A stretch of DNA of 53,132 bases from an uncultured Candidatus Saccharibacteria bacterium (GTDB taxonomy: Bacteria; Patescibacteriota; Minisyncoccia; Phycocordibacterales; Zambryskibacteraceae), in NCBI GenBank assembly GCA_964553285.1, contig CAZKKF010000002.1, positions 1-53,132 on the forward strand, read 5' to 3'. Position 1 is the stretch's first letter, and each line of letters begins with the position of its first letter. The position numbers and the translations under genes were made by a program. Below the pieces are notes generated by a model. That model did no database searches. It was given only the letters and a program-made list of their open reading frames with translations, and was not told the DNA's origin. Shown piece by piece: positions 18,421-28,043 of the stretch.

Positions 18421-19035
18421 TTATTTGATAGCCCTTACTTCAACCAAAGTGCCCCTTCTGCCCGGCACCGCACCGCGAAGGACAAGCTTGTTTTCCTCCG
18501 GAATGACGGCGATAACCTCAAGGTTTTTTACCATCACGCTGTCTCCTCCCATGCGGCCGGCCATGCGCATGCCTTTCGGCACCTTGGAACGCAAGCCTCC
18601 GCCAATGGATCCCGCCTCGCGCTCGGAGTGCTTCTGTCCGTGAGAACGGCGTCCTCCGGCAAAGCCGTGCCTCTTCACCACGCCCTGGAAACCCTTGCCC
18701 TTGGAGGTTGAGGTAACGCGCACCATATCTCCCGGAGCAAATACTGATACTTCTATCTTATCGCCGCGGTTTGCGGTCTCTCCGCTTTCAAGGCGAAACT
18801 CCTTGAGATACTTGAAACTGCCGAGATCGCCGGTGTGGCCTCTCTGCGGCTTGGCTATGTTCTTTTCCCTGCGGGAAGCAAAACCCACCTGCGCGGCTTC
18901 ATATCCATCTTTGTCTTTGCTTTTGACCTGCGTTACCACCACCGGGCCCGCCGTGAGGACAGTCGCCGGATGAACGACTCCTTTGTCGTCAAAAAGCTGG
19001 GTCATATTCTGTTTTTCTGCAAGAATGAATTTCAT
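18421..19035 (-). CDS. rplC: 50S ribosomal protein L3
   Basis: MKFILAEKQNMTQLFDDKG...SKGKGFQGVVKRHGFAGG. ATG 19035 chosen. Confidence 0.95.
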   Translation of the reverse strand: MKFILAEKQNMTQLFDDKGVVHPATVLTAGPVVVTQVKSKDKDGYEAAQVGFASRREKNIAKPQRGHTGDLGSFKYLKEFRLESGETANRGDKIEVSVFAPGDMVRVTSTSKGKGFQGVVKRHGFAGGRRSHGQKHSEREAGSIGGGLRSKVPKGMRMAGRMGGDSVMVKNLEVIAVIPEENKLVLRGAVPGRRGTLVEVRAIK

Positions 19036-19116
19036 TTGGGTTTTTGGCACCGAGCCACACTGCGCACCTCGCGAAACAAATAAGTCCGCGCCGTCTTTAG
19101 AGTCCAAGCCTCTGGC

Positions 19117-19488
19117 TTACATAATCTTGACGTCAATCGACACACCTGAAGGCAAAGACAAGTTGGTCAGGGATTCTATAAGCTTCTGCGAAGGGTTCAC
19201 GATGTCTATCAGCCTCTTGTGTATCCTCATCTCAAACTGCTCTCGCGCATTTTTGTAGACGAATGACGCACGGTTGACTGTGTACTTCTTGAACTCTGTC
19301 GGCAACGGTATCGGGCCGTGCACCTCGCCTTCGTAGCGGATGGCGGTGTCAATAATCTGCTTGACCGATACATCAAGAATCTTGTTCTCGTAAGCCCTGA
19401 CTCTTATCCTCAAGCGGGAAATGCCGCCTTCGGATTCTTTTGTCTTAGCTTTTGGAGCCTTTATTTTTGCCGTTTTTGTGCTTGTCAT
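19117..19488 (-). CDS. rpsJ: 30S ribosomal protein S10 (K-rich N-terminal extension)
   Basis: LRIRVRAYENKILDVSVKQIIDTA...HGPIPLPT. Confidence 0.95.
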   Translation of the reverse strand: MTSTKTAKIKAPKAKTKESEGGISRLRIRVRAYENKILDVSVKQIIDTAIRYEGEVHGPIPLPTEFKKYTVNRASFVYKNAREQFEMRIHKRLIDIVNPSQKLIESLTNLSLPSGVSIDVKIM

Positions 19489-19533
19489 GTGTGGTGGGAA
19501 AGAACTTCTCTCAAACCTAATCTGTTTCTCCGA

Positions 19534-20739
19534 TTAGGCTACGATTTTGGTTACAACACCTGCGCCTACGGTCTTGCCTCCTTCGCGGATAGCAAACTTC
19601 TGCTTCTCCTCAAGAGCAACAGGAGCCACAAGCTTTACCTTGAAGGTAGCGTTGTCTCCGGGCATTACCATCTCAACGCCATCGGCAAGAGTAACCTCTC
19701 CGGTAACATCGGTGGTGCGGATGTAGAACTGGGGCTTATAACCTGTGAAGAATGGTGTGTGACGGCCTCCTTCCTCTTTCTTGAGGATGTACACCTCTGC
19801 TTCAAAGTCGGTGTGAGGAGTAACGCTTCCGGTCTTGGCGAGCACCTGTCCGCGGGTGAGATCTTCTTTCTTGGTACCGCGCAAAAGAATACCTGCGTTG
19901 TCTCCGGCCTGAGCGGCATCCAACTGCTTGTTGAACATTTCCACTCCGGTAACGGTGGTCTTGGCTGTAGCCTTGAGACCCACGATCTCTATTTCCTCGC
20001 CAACCTTGAGCACGCCGCGCTCTACCTTACCGGTAACCACGGTGCCTCGGCCTTCGATGGAGAAGATGTCCTCAATCGGCATAAGGAAGGGCTTGTCCAT
20101 GTCTCTTTCCGGAACGGGAATGTATGAGTCCAGGGTATTGATGAGCTCAAATACCTTCTGTGCCCACTCATCGGAAGTGTCCTTGGCTTCAAGAGCCTTG
20201 AGGCCTGAACCACGGATGATGGGGGCGCTTGCGCCGTCATACTCGTACTTGGTCAAAAGCTCGCGAATTTCTTCTTCCACAAGGTCAATAAGCTCCTTGT
20301 CGGGAACCATGTCGCACTTGTTTAGGAATACCACAATCTTGGGCACACCAACCTGGCGGGCAAGAAGGATGTGTTCGCGCGTCTGGGGCATCACGCCGTC
20401 GGTAGCCGCAACCACGAGTACTGCGCCGTCCATTTGAGCGGCACCGGTAATCATGTTCTTGATGTAGTCGGCGTGGCCTGGGGCGTCAATGTGAGCGTAG
20501 TGGCGGCCCGGAGTCCAGTATTCGGAGTGGTGAAGAGCGATAGTAATACCGCGTGCACGCTCCTCCGGAGCCTTGTCAATGCTGTCTATAGCCTCAACTC
20601 TGGCGCCATAACCCTGGTCCTTGTGCATATCAAGCACATGGAGGATGGAGGCCGTAAGAGTGGTCTTACCGTGGTCAACGTGGCCGATTGTACCTACGTT
20701 TACGTGCGGTTTGGAACGATCAAAAGTGTCTGCTGCCAT
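19534..20739 (-). CDS. tuf: elongation factor Tu
   Basis: [33 protein letters not shown]. Confidence 0.98.
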   Translation of the reverse strand: MAADTFDRSKPHVNVGTIGHVDHGKTTLTASILHVLDMHKDQGYGARVEAIDSIDKAPEERARGITIALHHSEYWTPGRHYAHIDAPGHADYIKNMITGAAQMDGAVLVVAATDGVMPQTREHILLARQVGVPKIVVFLNKCDMVPDKELIDLVEEEIRELLTKYEYDGASAPIIRGSGLKALEAKDTSDEWAQKVFELINTLDSYIPVPERDMDKPFLMPIEDIFSIEGRGTVVTGKVERGVLKVGEEIEIVGLKATAKTTVTGVEMFNKQLDAAQAGDNAGILLRGTKKEDLTRGQVLAKTGSVTPHTDFEAEVYILKKEEGGRHTPFFTGYKPQFYIRTTDVTGEVTLADGVEMVMPGDNATFKVKLVAPVALEEKQKFAIREGGKTVGAGVVTKIVA

Positions 20740-20968
20740 GTTTTTTTGTTAGTTTTTTAGTACCAACCTTCCCGAAACGCGCGAGATAATGGTTTCCGGA
20801 AGCCTGCTACCCTGTGATAATTGCCCGCCAAAAAGAAAAAGCCGTAACTAGCGGTAGGACACATAATACAGGTAGCCAAATAATAGTCAATAGAGAGCCA
20901 GCCCCGCTCTTCCTTCCGGAGGAGCGGGGCTGGCTTTTAGCGCACTTTGCCCTAAGGGATTTCCGAAT

Positions 20969-21670
20969 TTACCTGTGGGCTATTTCGTTGCGAACTTTCT
21001 CAATGTAGCGCGAAGCCGCTTCCTGGCCGCCAAGACCGAAGGAAAGGCCGAAGGCCAGAGCCAAAGCCACCACAACGCCTGTAAAGAGGGTGTTTATGAT
21101 GGTTGCTCCGATGCCAAGCTGTGAAAGCGCTACCAAAAGACCGAAGATCCAAATGGCCCATCTGGTGATGGTGCCGAGCATGTTGGCGGAACGGATGCCT
21201 GCGGCGCGGGAAGAAGTGGCAACTATCTTCTGCATCACATCACCCAATACGCCCGCTACAAGAAGCACCAATACAGCCACTATCACCTGAGGCAAGTAGC
21301 CCAGAACGGTCTGCTGGAGGAAGAGGTTGACCTGTGAAAGGCCCAATACCTCAAATGCCGCCACAAGGAAGACGATAATGACAAACCACTTAACCAGGCC
21401 GCCTACGAAGGCGCCGCTGTTTAGGTTTATACCGCCCTTGTTCATAAGATCATCAGCTCCCGTCCTGCGGAGAGCATCATCAACTCTGATACTGCGGAAT
21501 ATCTGTCCAATGGCCTTGCCGACCACCGATCCTAGAACCCAGCCCAGAATGATAATTATCACCGCAACCAGAAAACTCGGCACAAAACGGGCGATGCCCA
21601 TCCAGACATCCTGAAAGGAAGCGGTAAGCACATCTCCCCATGTATTCAACATCATGTTTTTAGCGCGCAC
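20969..21670 (-). CDS. polytopic membrane protein, conserved-TM-helix-repeat / small mechanosensitive-like
   Basis: 233 aa with repeated TM plus amphipathic units. No catalytic motif. Confidence 0.5.
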   Translation of the reverse strand: MRAKNMMLNTWGDVLTASFQDVWMGIARFVPSFLVAVIIIILGWVLGSVVGKAIGQIFRSIRVDDALRRTGADDLMNKGGINLNSGAFVGGLVKWFVIIVFLVAAFEVLGLSQVNLFLQQTVLGYLPQVIVAVLVLLVAGVLGDVMQKIVATSSRAAGIRSANMLGTITRWAIWIFGLLVALSQLGIGATIINTLFTGVVVALALAFGLSFGLGGQEAASRYIEKVRNEIAHR

Positions 21671-21815
21671 TCGGCGCGTCTCATCACTCTAAACGAATAA
21701 TTTATTGACCTGTCGCGAATGCTATGGCCTGGGGTAAATTATACCCCGAAATAAAGCGCAAAAAACCCTCTTGTGGATAAATGGCCGATTGGAGGGGTGA
21801 TTTAAGGCCTATTTG

Positions 21816-22379
21816 TTAGGACAAAAGGAGCTTATTGAGAAGTTTTTCGTGGGGAAAATCCAAAATATCCCTTATCAGCTTGTCATAAAGACCCACTCTG
21901 TATTTCCAGTCCGGCGTTTCAAAAGCGGCGTACCTGACCTCTTTGCCCAAAAGCGACTCAATGTGCGCCACCGCATTGCGCAAAGGCCCCTTGCGCAAAC
22001 CGTCCCCCACTACGAGCAAATCCACCCTGCTCTCCGGATTTTGTATGAAAAGGCCGGAGACTATGATGAGCTTGATATTTCCCGCTTTGGAGATCTTTTG
22101 CACTATCTCTTTGTTGCTTACGGAACCCACTTCCGTAAGGAAGTTTTCAAGAGAGGCGCGGTGAGGATAGGCTTTGTTTAGGGCATAGCCGCTTGTTCGC
22201 CTCTTTATGAGGCCCGCCTTGGACAGCTCATTTAGCTCTTTGCGGACTATCCTGGGGCTCTCTTTTACCCTGTCTATGACATATTTAGCCTTATAAATGC
22301 TGTCCGGATTGAAGAGGAACAGGCGCATTAGCTTTACTTTGGCTTCGCTTCCGAATATTGCCGAAACTGACTTGGTCAT
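21816..22379 (-). CDS. winged-helix DNA-binding protein with C-terminal nucleotidyltransferase-like domain
   Basis: The N-terminal wHTH is KVKLMRLFLFNPDSIY...RIVRKELNELSKAGLIKRR. The C-terminal part carries RVDLLVVGD. The start could be 22379 or 22388. Confidence 0.5.
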   Translation of the reverse strand: MTKSVSAIFGSEAKVKLMRLFLFNPDSIYKAKYVIDRVKESPRIVRKELNELSKAGLIKRRTSGYALNKAYPHRASLENFLTEVGSVSNKEIVQKISKAGNIKLIIVSGLFIQNPESRVDLLVVGDGLRKGPLRNAVAHIESLLGKEVRYAAFETPDWKYRVGLYDKLIRDILDFPHEKLLNKLLLS

Positions 22380-22500
22380 TGCCGGCATTGTATATAAGGG
22401 GACGGAAGGTCGCAACTGCGAAGCAAAATAGCAAAACACAAACCCCCCAGCTTAGCTGGAGGGTTTGCAACACAAAACCTAAATACTTTGGAAATAAAGC

Positions 22501-22923
22501 TTATTTGAAAGCAACCTTGCCTCCCGCTTCTTCCACCTGCTTCTTCAGGGCTTCTGCCTCCTCTTTCTTCATGTCTGTCTTGATGACTGCCGGAGCACCA
22601 TCTACCAGGTCTTTTGCCTCCTTGAGACCGAGGCTCAAAACCTCCTTGATCACCTTGATAACGGCTATCTTGTTTGCGCCTGCGTCCGCCAACTCAACCG
22701 TAACGGTTGATTTTTCTTCCTCGGCGGGGCCTGCAGGACCTGCGGCGGCAACGGCTACAGCCGAAGCCGACACTCCAAACTTCTTCTCAAACACTTTCAC
22801 CAATTCGTTGAGGTCGAGCACGCTCATCTTTTCTATCTCCTCAACTATCTTTGCGAACTTGGCGGGTACCTGTACTTCGGCGCCTGCGTTGTTCTCTACT
22901 GCGTTGTTTTCTGTATCTGACAT
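22501..22923 (-). CDS. rplL: 50S ribosomal protein L7/L12
   Basis: [27 protein letters not shown]...[26 protein letters not shown]. Confidence 0.97.
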   Translation of the reverse strand: MSDTENNAVENNAGAEVQVPAKFAKIVEEIEKMSVLDLNELVKVFEKKFGVSASAVAVAAAGPAGPAEEEKSTVTVELADAGANKIAVIKVIKEVLSLGLKEAKDLVDGAPAVIKTDMKKEEAEALKKQVEEAGGKVAFK

Positions 22924-22950
22924 TTTAGGAATAGATAAAACTTTTAATTC

Positions 22951-23439
22951 TTAATTTTTGGAATCCGCTATGGCCTTGAGCCCTATCACCAGTCTCTGTA
23001 TGGGAGAATTGATGATATTCACGAACTTGCCATGAAGTACCGGCAAGGCGGGAATGGAGGCAATTTCGCTCATCTCCGAGGCGTTCATGAACTTTCCTTC
23101 AAACACTCCTCCCAAAATGGAAAGATTCTCCGGAAACTTCTTCTTGAACTCAAAGATGGAACGGGCCGGAGCAATAAGATCTTCTCCGTACGCCCAGGCC
23201 ACTTCTCCGGGAGTCTCAGGCATTTCCCCTTTTACGCCCGCATCGGTCAAAGCTTTGCCCATCAGGCTTTTCTTTGCCACGGTGTAAGAGACTTCGTTGT
23301 CGGACAACGCGCGCCTCATGTCGGTGGTACCTGCCATATTGAGACCCTTGAAGTGAACAAAGACGATTGATTTTGCCTGCTTCACGACATCGCCAAGCTT
23401 GTGCAAAATCTCCTTTTTCTTTTCTCTTGTTAACGCCAT
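22951..23439 (-). CDS. rplJ: 50S ribosomal protein L10
   Basis: ALTREKKKEILHKLGDVVKQAKSIVFVHFKGLNMAGTTDMRRAL. Confidence 0.93.
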   Translation of the reverse strand: MALTREKKKEILHKLGDVVKQAKSIVFVHFKGLNMAGTTDMRRALSDNEVSYTVAKKSLMGKALTDAGVKGEMPETPGEVAWAYGEDLIAPARSIFEFKKKFPENLSILGGVFEGKFMNASEMSEIASIPALPVLHGKFVNIINSPIQRLVIGLKAIADSKN

Positions 23440-23673
23440 GTTTGTCTTTTGGTTTTTTATATCGACCTTCGTAAGGTTTGGGCCTCGGTTTTTTGGGCAA
23501 ATAAAAAACCCTCAACCAAGGGCCATGAGGATCGCAAAATATTGCGCGGGCAAGGGCTTCTCTAGAAGCCTCTCCCGACCTCGGCAGGGTTTATGAGAAA
23601 GAAACAAATCTTCCTCACCTGCTGTCTCTGGCCTTACGCACGCTACTTTACACCATTCTCCAATTTAATTCAA
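23440..23673 (-). promoter_or_regulatory. rplJ promoter plus ~200-nt structured leader (possible L10-type leader/attenuator)
   Basis: Minus strand: TTGAAT(23673-23668)-N17-TAAAGT(23650-23645). The long leader ends in CCTCA...TGAGG-GTTTTTTATTT shortly before the rplJ ATG. Confidence 0.4.
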
Positions 23674-23719
23674 CAAAAACGAAAAGGGAGCGCCGTGCCA
23701 AAAAGGCCGCGCGCTCCCC
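23674..23719 (-). terminator. intrinsic terminator after the 23754-24095 ORF
   Basis: GGGAGCGC...GCGCTCCC stem (23686-23718), followed on the minus strand by TTTTCGTTTTTG. Confidence 0.65.
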
Positions 23720-23753
23720 GTGGAAGTTTTGGGCACTTCCGAGCCCTTTGTCG

Positions 23754-24095
23754 CTAGCGCGTCTGGCGCGCGAGCATTGCTTCAATCTCGGAAACCCGAA
23801 GCTCAAGCTCGCCCACCCGCGCAAACACGGAGTCCAAGCGAGCCTCCTCGGAGAGCCTTGCCGCCCGCTTCTCAGACAGCAAGTCGCCGAAGACCCTGTC
23901 CAAGCTGAACAGCATCGCTGCGAACGCCACAACAAGACAGAACACAAAGATGAAGTTGTCTCGCCTCGTTGATTTGGGACGGTAATGACCACCTCCGCTT
24001 CCGATACCCATTCCCATGTGTCCTCCGGGCCATTGGCCGGCGAAATGTACGCATACTATGAGCAGAATTGCCCATATGTGCCCTTCTCCCCCCAT
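23754..24095 (-). CDS. hypothetical small membrane protein (2 TM, Gly/His loop, C-terminal coiled coil), high G+C
   Basis: MGGEGHIWAILLIVCVHFAGQW-PGGHMGMGIGSGGGHY-...NFIFVFCLVVAFAAMLFSL-...LSEKRAARLSEEARLDSVFARVGELELRVSEIEAMLARQ. The start is uncertain because ATG 24095 overlaps a TATAAT. Confidence 0.5.
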   Translation of the reverse strand: MGGEGHIWAILLIVCVHFAGQWPGGHMGMGIGSGGGHYRPKSTRRDNFIFVFCLVVAFAAMLFSLDRVFGDLLSEKRAARLSEEARLDSVFARVGELELRVSEIEAMLARQTR

Positions 24096-24122
24096 TATAG
24101 CATACCCCGCCTCAAAAATCAA
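24094..24122 (-). promoter_or_regulatory. promoter-like module P1 (TTGATT-N17-TATAAT followed by GGGGGGAGAAGGG)
   Basis: Minus strand: TTGATT(24122-24117), 17-nt spacer, TGc-TATAAT(24099-24094). Confidence 0.45.
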
Positions 24123-24150
24123 GTACCGCAAACGGCGGCCAAAATAGGCT

Positions 24151-24183
24151 CAAAAAACACCCTCACTTGGCAGGGTGTTTTTA
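24151..24183 (-). terminator. intrinsic terminator after fusA
   Basis: ACACCCT-cacttggc-AGGGTGT stem flanked by A and T runs. Confidence 0.7.
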
Positions 24184-24209
24184 CTAGAGGACACAGGAGA
24201 AGGAAAATA

Positions 24210-26372
24210 TTATTTCGCGCCCATTCTTGATTCCGTGATGCCCTGGGCTACGTTGTTTGGCACGATGGCGTAGTGGTCAAACTCCATGGAGAAGTTGCCG
24301 CGACCCTCGGACATTGAGCGGAGCTGTGTAGCATAGCCAAACATCTCTGCCAGAGGCACAAAGGCGCTGATGACCTTGAGTTCTCCGCGCTCTTCCATGC
24401 CTTCAATCTGACCTCTCTTGGAAGAAAGCGAACCTGTTACGTCGCCCATGAACTTGTCCGGCACCACTACTTCTATTTTCATAATAGGCTCAAGAAGAAC
24501 GGGCTTGGCTTTTTTGGCCGCTTCCTGGAAGGCCTGGCTTGCCGCTATCTTGTAGGCGATTTCGGAAGAGTCCACATCGTGGTAGGAACCGAAGAGAAGC
24601 TCGCAGGAGATGTCTGTCATCTTGAAGCCCGCGACCACTCCCCTGTCCATGGCTTCGCGCACGCCTTTTTCCACTGCCGGAATAAACTCCTGCGGGATAA
24701 CGCCGCCCTTGATGGAGTCAATAAACTCAAAGCCCTCTTCTCTGGTCACATTCTTCGGCACCTTTTCTTCCGGATCGTACTTGGGCAAAGGCATAATCTT
24801 TATCTTCACATGACCGTACTGGCCCTTTCCTCCGGTCTGCTTGATGTATTTGTTTTCCACCTCAGCTTCGCCGGTAATGGTTTCCTTGTATGCCACCTGG
24901 GGAGCGCCGACATTTGCTTCCACGTTAAACTCTCTCTTCATTCGGTCAACGATAATTTCCAGGTGAAGCTCTCCCATGCCCATGATAACCGTCTCTCCCG
25001 TATCAGGGTCCGACTTGATGCGGAAAGTGGGGTCTTCATCGGATAGACGCTTCAAAGCAAGACCCATTTTGTCCTGATCGGCTTTGGTCTTTGGCTCAAT
25101 GCGAAGAGAGATAACCGGCTCGGGGAAGGTAATCTGGTCAAGCACGATGGGGTTGTTTTCGTCGCAGAAAGTGTGCGAAGTCTTGGCGTCTTTGAGGCCC
25201 ACAGCGGCGGCAATTTCTCCTGCGAAGACTTTTTTCACTTCTTCTCTCTGGTTTGCCTGCAAACGCACGATACGGCCGAGGCGCTCCTTGGTGCCGGTGG
25301 TGGAGTTGTATATGTAAGAGCCCGCCTCCACTGTTCCCGAATACACTCTGAAGAACGTGAGCTGACCCACAAAAGGATCAGCCTGAAGCTTGAAGGCAAG
25401 GGCGGCAAAAGGCTCCGAGTCTGAAGCATTCCTTATGGCTTCTTCTCCGTTGCGGGGGTCTACTCCTATGATGGGAGGAATGTCCAAGGGTGAAGGGAGT
25501 AGATCCACAACGGCATCAAGCACCAGCTGTACGCCTTTGTTTTTCAAAGCCGAACCGCAGTACACAGGGAAAATGGTATTGGCAATAACCGCCTTGCGCA
25601 GAGTTTTTATCAACGCGTCATAAGCTATTTCCTCGCCGCCGAGGTACTTGTTCATCAGCTCATCGTCGTTTTCCACAATGCGCTCCAGAAGCTCGGCACG
25701 ATATTTTTTGGCATCTTCAAGCAGGTTTTCGGGAATGTCTTTTTCCATCACCTGGTTGCCCATGTTGCCTTCAAAGTAAAAAGCCTTCATGCGAAGCAAG
25801 TCCACTACGCCGTCATGCTTGTCCTCTTCACCAATGGGGATCTGGAGTCTTACAGCCTTTTTGGAAAGCCTGTCAAGAATGGATTTATATGAACGCTCAA
25901 AGCTTGCTCCGGTACGATCAAGCTTGTTGATGAAGCAAATGCGCGGCACCAGTGCTTCCTCGGCATAACGCCAGTTAGTTTCCGACTGCGGCTCAACGCC
26001 CGCCACTCCGTCAAACACTACCACCGCACCATCAAGCACCCTCAAAGACCTCTTCACCTCCACGGTAAAATCAATGTGTCCGGGAGTATCTATAATATTG
26101 AAACGATATTTGCTCTCATTTTTTGCGCGCTCTGCCGCAGAAAGATATGTCGGGCTCCAAAAACAGGTAACAGCCGCGGCGGTAATGGTGATACCGCGCT
26201 CTTTTTCCTGCTCCATCCAGTCGGTGGTGGTTTCTCCCTCATGCACCTCTCCTATCTTGTGCTGGGATCCGGTGTAGTAGAGCACGCGCTCTGATGTGGT
26301 GGTCTTGCCAGCATCCACGTGGGCCACGATTCCAAAGTTTCTTACCTTTTCAAGCGGATAATCTCTTTGCAT
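24210..26372 (-). CDS. fusA: elongation factor G
   Basis: NFGIVAHVDAGKTTTSERVLYYTG, IIDTPGHIDF, 720 aa. Confidence 0.98.
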   Translation of the reverse strand: MQRDYPLEKVRNFGIVAHVDAGKTTTSERVLYYTGSQHKIGEVHEGETTTDWMEQEKERGITITAAAVTCFWSPTYLSAAERAKNESKYRFNIIDTPGHIDFTVEVKRSLRVLDGAVVVFDGVAGVEPQSETNWRYAEEALVPRICFINKLDRTGASFERSYKSILDRLSKKAVRLQIPIGEEDKHDGVVDLLRMKAFYFEGNMGNQVMEKDIPENLLEDAKKYRAELLERIVENDDELMNKYLGGEEIAYDALIKTLRKAVIANTIFPVYCGSALKNKGVQLVLDAVVDLLPSPLDIPPIIGVDPRNGEEAIRNASDSEPFAALAFKLQADPFVGQLTFFRVYSGTVEAGSYIYNSTTGTKERLGRIVRLQANQREEVKKVFAGEIAAAVGLKDAKTSHTFCDENNPIVLDQITFPEPVISLRIEPKTKADQDKMGLALKRLSDEDPTFRIKSDPDTGETVIMGMGELHLEIIVDRMKREFNVEANVGAPQVAYKETITGEAEVENKYIKQTGGKGQYGHVKIKIMPLPKYDPEEKVPKNVTREEGFEFIDSIKGGVIPQEFIPAVEKGVREAMDRGVVAGFKMTDISCELLFGSYHDVDSSEIAYKIAASQAFQEAAKKAKPVLLEPIMKIEVVVPDKFMGDVTGSLSSKRGQIEGMEERGELKVISAFVPLAEMFGYATQLRSMSEGRGNFSMEFDHYAIVPNNVAQGITESRMGAK

Positions 26373-26442
26373 AAAATTTATGTATTAAATAATGCTCATC
26401 TTGCGACAAACCCAAAGCAGACCCGACCTAACAAAGCCCAAA

Positions 26443-26913
26443 TTACCAGGCAAAGTGAGCAAATGCCTTGTTGGCCTCGGCCATCTTGTGCACATTCTCT
26501 CTCTTTTTGATTGCCTCGCCCTCGTTTTTTGACGCCAGAGTAAGCTCCTCTGCCAGGCGCTTTGCCATGGGCATACCCTTGCGTGCGCGGGCCGCTTCTA
26601 TGAGCCAACGTATTGCCAGAGCCTGCTTTCTCTCCGGACGCACTTCTCTTGGCACCTGGTAGTTGGCGCCGCCCACTCTCTTTGAGCGTACTTCAACCGT
26701 GGGGCCGGCATTGCGCAAAGCGCTTTCAAATACTTCCAACGGATCGCCGCCTCCTGCGGCGATTATGTCAAAAGCGCCGTACACAACCCTGCGGGCGGTG
26801 TTTTTCTTGCCGGACTCCATTATATGGTTGATAAACTTGCCAACCTTGTCTGAACTGTACTTCAGATCAGGCAATACTTCGTGTTTTTCTCTTTCTTTGA
26901 GTTTCCTTCTCAT
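26443..26913 (-). CDS. rpsG: 30S ribosomal protein S7
   Basis: [28 protein letters not shown]...[16 protein letters not shown]. Confidence 0.97.
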   Translation of the reverse strand: MRRKLKEREKHEVLPDLKYSSDKVGKFINHIMESGKKNTARRVVYGAFDIIAAGGGDPLEVFESALRNAGPTVEVRSKRVGGANYQVPREVRPERKQALAIRWLIEAARARKGMPMAKRLAEELTLASKNEGEAIKKRENVHKMAEANKAFAHFAW

Positions 26914-26916
26914 GGT

Positions 26917-27324
26917 TTATTTGGGTTTCTTTGATCCGTACAAAGACCTGCTCTGGCGCCTGGTTTCCACTCCGCCGGCATCAAGCACGCCGCGAACGAT
27001 AGAGTAGCGAAGACCAACGTCTTTTACGCGGCCGCCCTTAAGCACCACCACAGAGTGCTCCTGCAGGTTGTGTCCGATTCCTGGCACATAGGCGGTAACT
27101 TCCACTCCGTTGGTCAGACGTACGCGGGCAATTTTACGGATAGCCGAGTTAGGCTTCTTGGGAGTCTTTGTGGTTACTTTGGTGCAAGTGCCTCTCTTAA
27201 AAGGAGAGTCGTAGAAAGTGGGTTTGTTCTTGAGAGTATTAAAACCGCGCAGTAAAGCCACGGATTTGGACTTCCGCTTTATTTTGGTTCGCTTTCTTTT
27301 TGCCAGTTGGTTTATGGTTGCCAT
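26917..27324 (-). CDS. rpsL: 30S ribosomal protein S12
   Basis: MATINQL...[38 protein letters not shown]. Confidence 0.98.
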   Translation of the reverse strand: MATINQLAKRKRTKIKRKSKSVALLRGFNTLKNKPTFYDSPFKRGTCTKVTTKTPKKPNSAIRKIARVRLTNGVEVTAYVPGIGHNLQEHSVVVLKGGRVKDVGLRYSIVRGVLDAGGVETRRQSRSLYGSKKPK

Positions 27325-27410
27325 TTGAAAAAGCGCCGCTTTGGCGCAACAGAGAGTCTAACCTAGAGAGCAAAAAAGAGCAAGGCCTGCGCCATTTTGC
27401 CTCTCTCTGG

Positions 27411-28001
27411 TCAGGCTCCCACAAACATCTTGAATAGGTACATACTGAAAGGAAAGATAAATCTCCATATAAATACGGCAAGAATCAGGGGCAAAAGTAT
27501 GCCGAATCTTTCAATTGACCAGAAAAAGCTCCTTAGAGAGGGGAAAATACCCGTAAGTACGCGGGAACCGTCAAGCGGCGGCACCGGAATAAGGTTGAAG
27601 CAGGCCAAAAGGATATTGATAAACACCACCGTACCGACCATAGGCATTACTTCCGGAGCAAAAGCGCCGATTCTTATAAAAAAGGCAAAAACAGCGGCCA
27701 GGACGATATTTGACAGGGGTCCGGCAAAAGCAACTATTGCCTCGCCCCAGCGGCGATGCCTGAAGACAGACGGATTGATAGGCACAGGCTTTGCCCAACC
27801 GAGGAAAAAGCCCCCAAGGATATAAGTGGCAAAAGGCACAACAAAAGAGCCGATAGGATCAAGGTGTTTTATGGGGTTTGGCGAGAGGCGACCAAGCGAG
27901 CTTGCCGTCATATCCCCCTCAAAACGGGCGGCATACGCGTGGGCCGCCTCGTGCAAAGATACGGAGAAAAGCAGGACTAATATTGCAAAAAGGGTATCCA
28001 T
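27411..28001 (-). CDS. site-2 protease family (peptidase M50) membrane protein
   Basis: HEAAHAYAA (HExxH) in TM1, a polytopic protein, and a later NLIPVPPLDG motif. Confidence 0.8.
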   Translation of the reverse strand: MDTLFAILVLLFSVSLHEAAHAYAARFEGDMTASSLGRLSPNPIKHLDPIGSFVVPFATYILGGFFLGWAKPVPINPSVFRHRRWGEAIVAFAGPLSNIVLAAVFAFFIRIGAFAPEVMPMVGTVVFINILLACFNLIPVPPLDGSRVLTGIFPSLRSFFWSIERFGILLPLILAVFIWRFIFPFSMYLFKMFVGA

Positions 28002-28043
28002 ATAGTTGAAGTTTTGCTGCTTTATGTTAGCATATCGCCTGTC

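Noticed and set aside
19318-20127. 269-aa plus-strand ORF
   Set aside because: It lies entirely antisense to tuf and is a shadow ORF. The same reasoning applies to 45083-45928 (antisense to rny), 36903-37715 (pilB), 8812-9375 (secY), 14272-14934 (rpsC/rplV), 22358-22954 (rplL) and the other overlapping track ORFs.
23872-24075. 67-aa Arg-rich ORF in an alternative frame of the 23.7-24.1 kb island, preceded by GGAGAAGGG
   Set aside because: Its third-position G+C is low for this island and the product looks like frame-shifted noise. The overlapping 113-aa frame gives clean TM helices and a heptad coiled coil. It is kept only as a caveat on start-site geometry.
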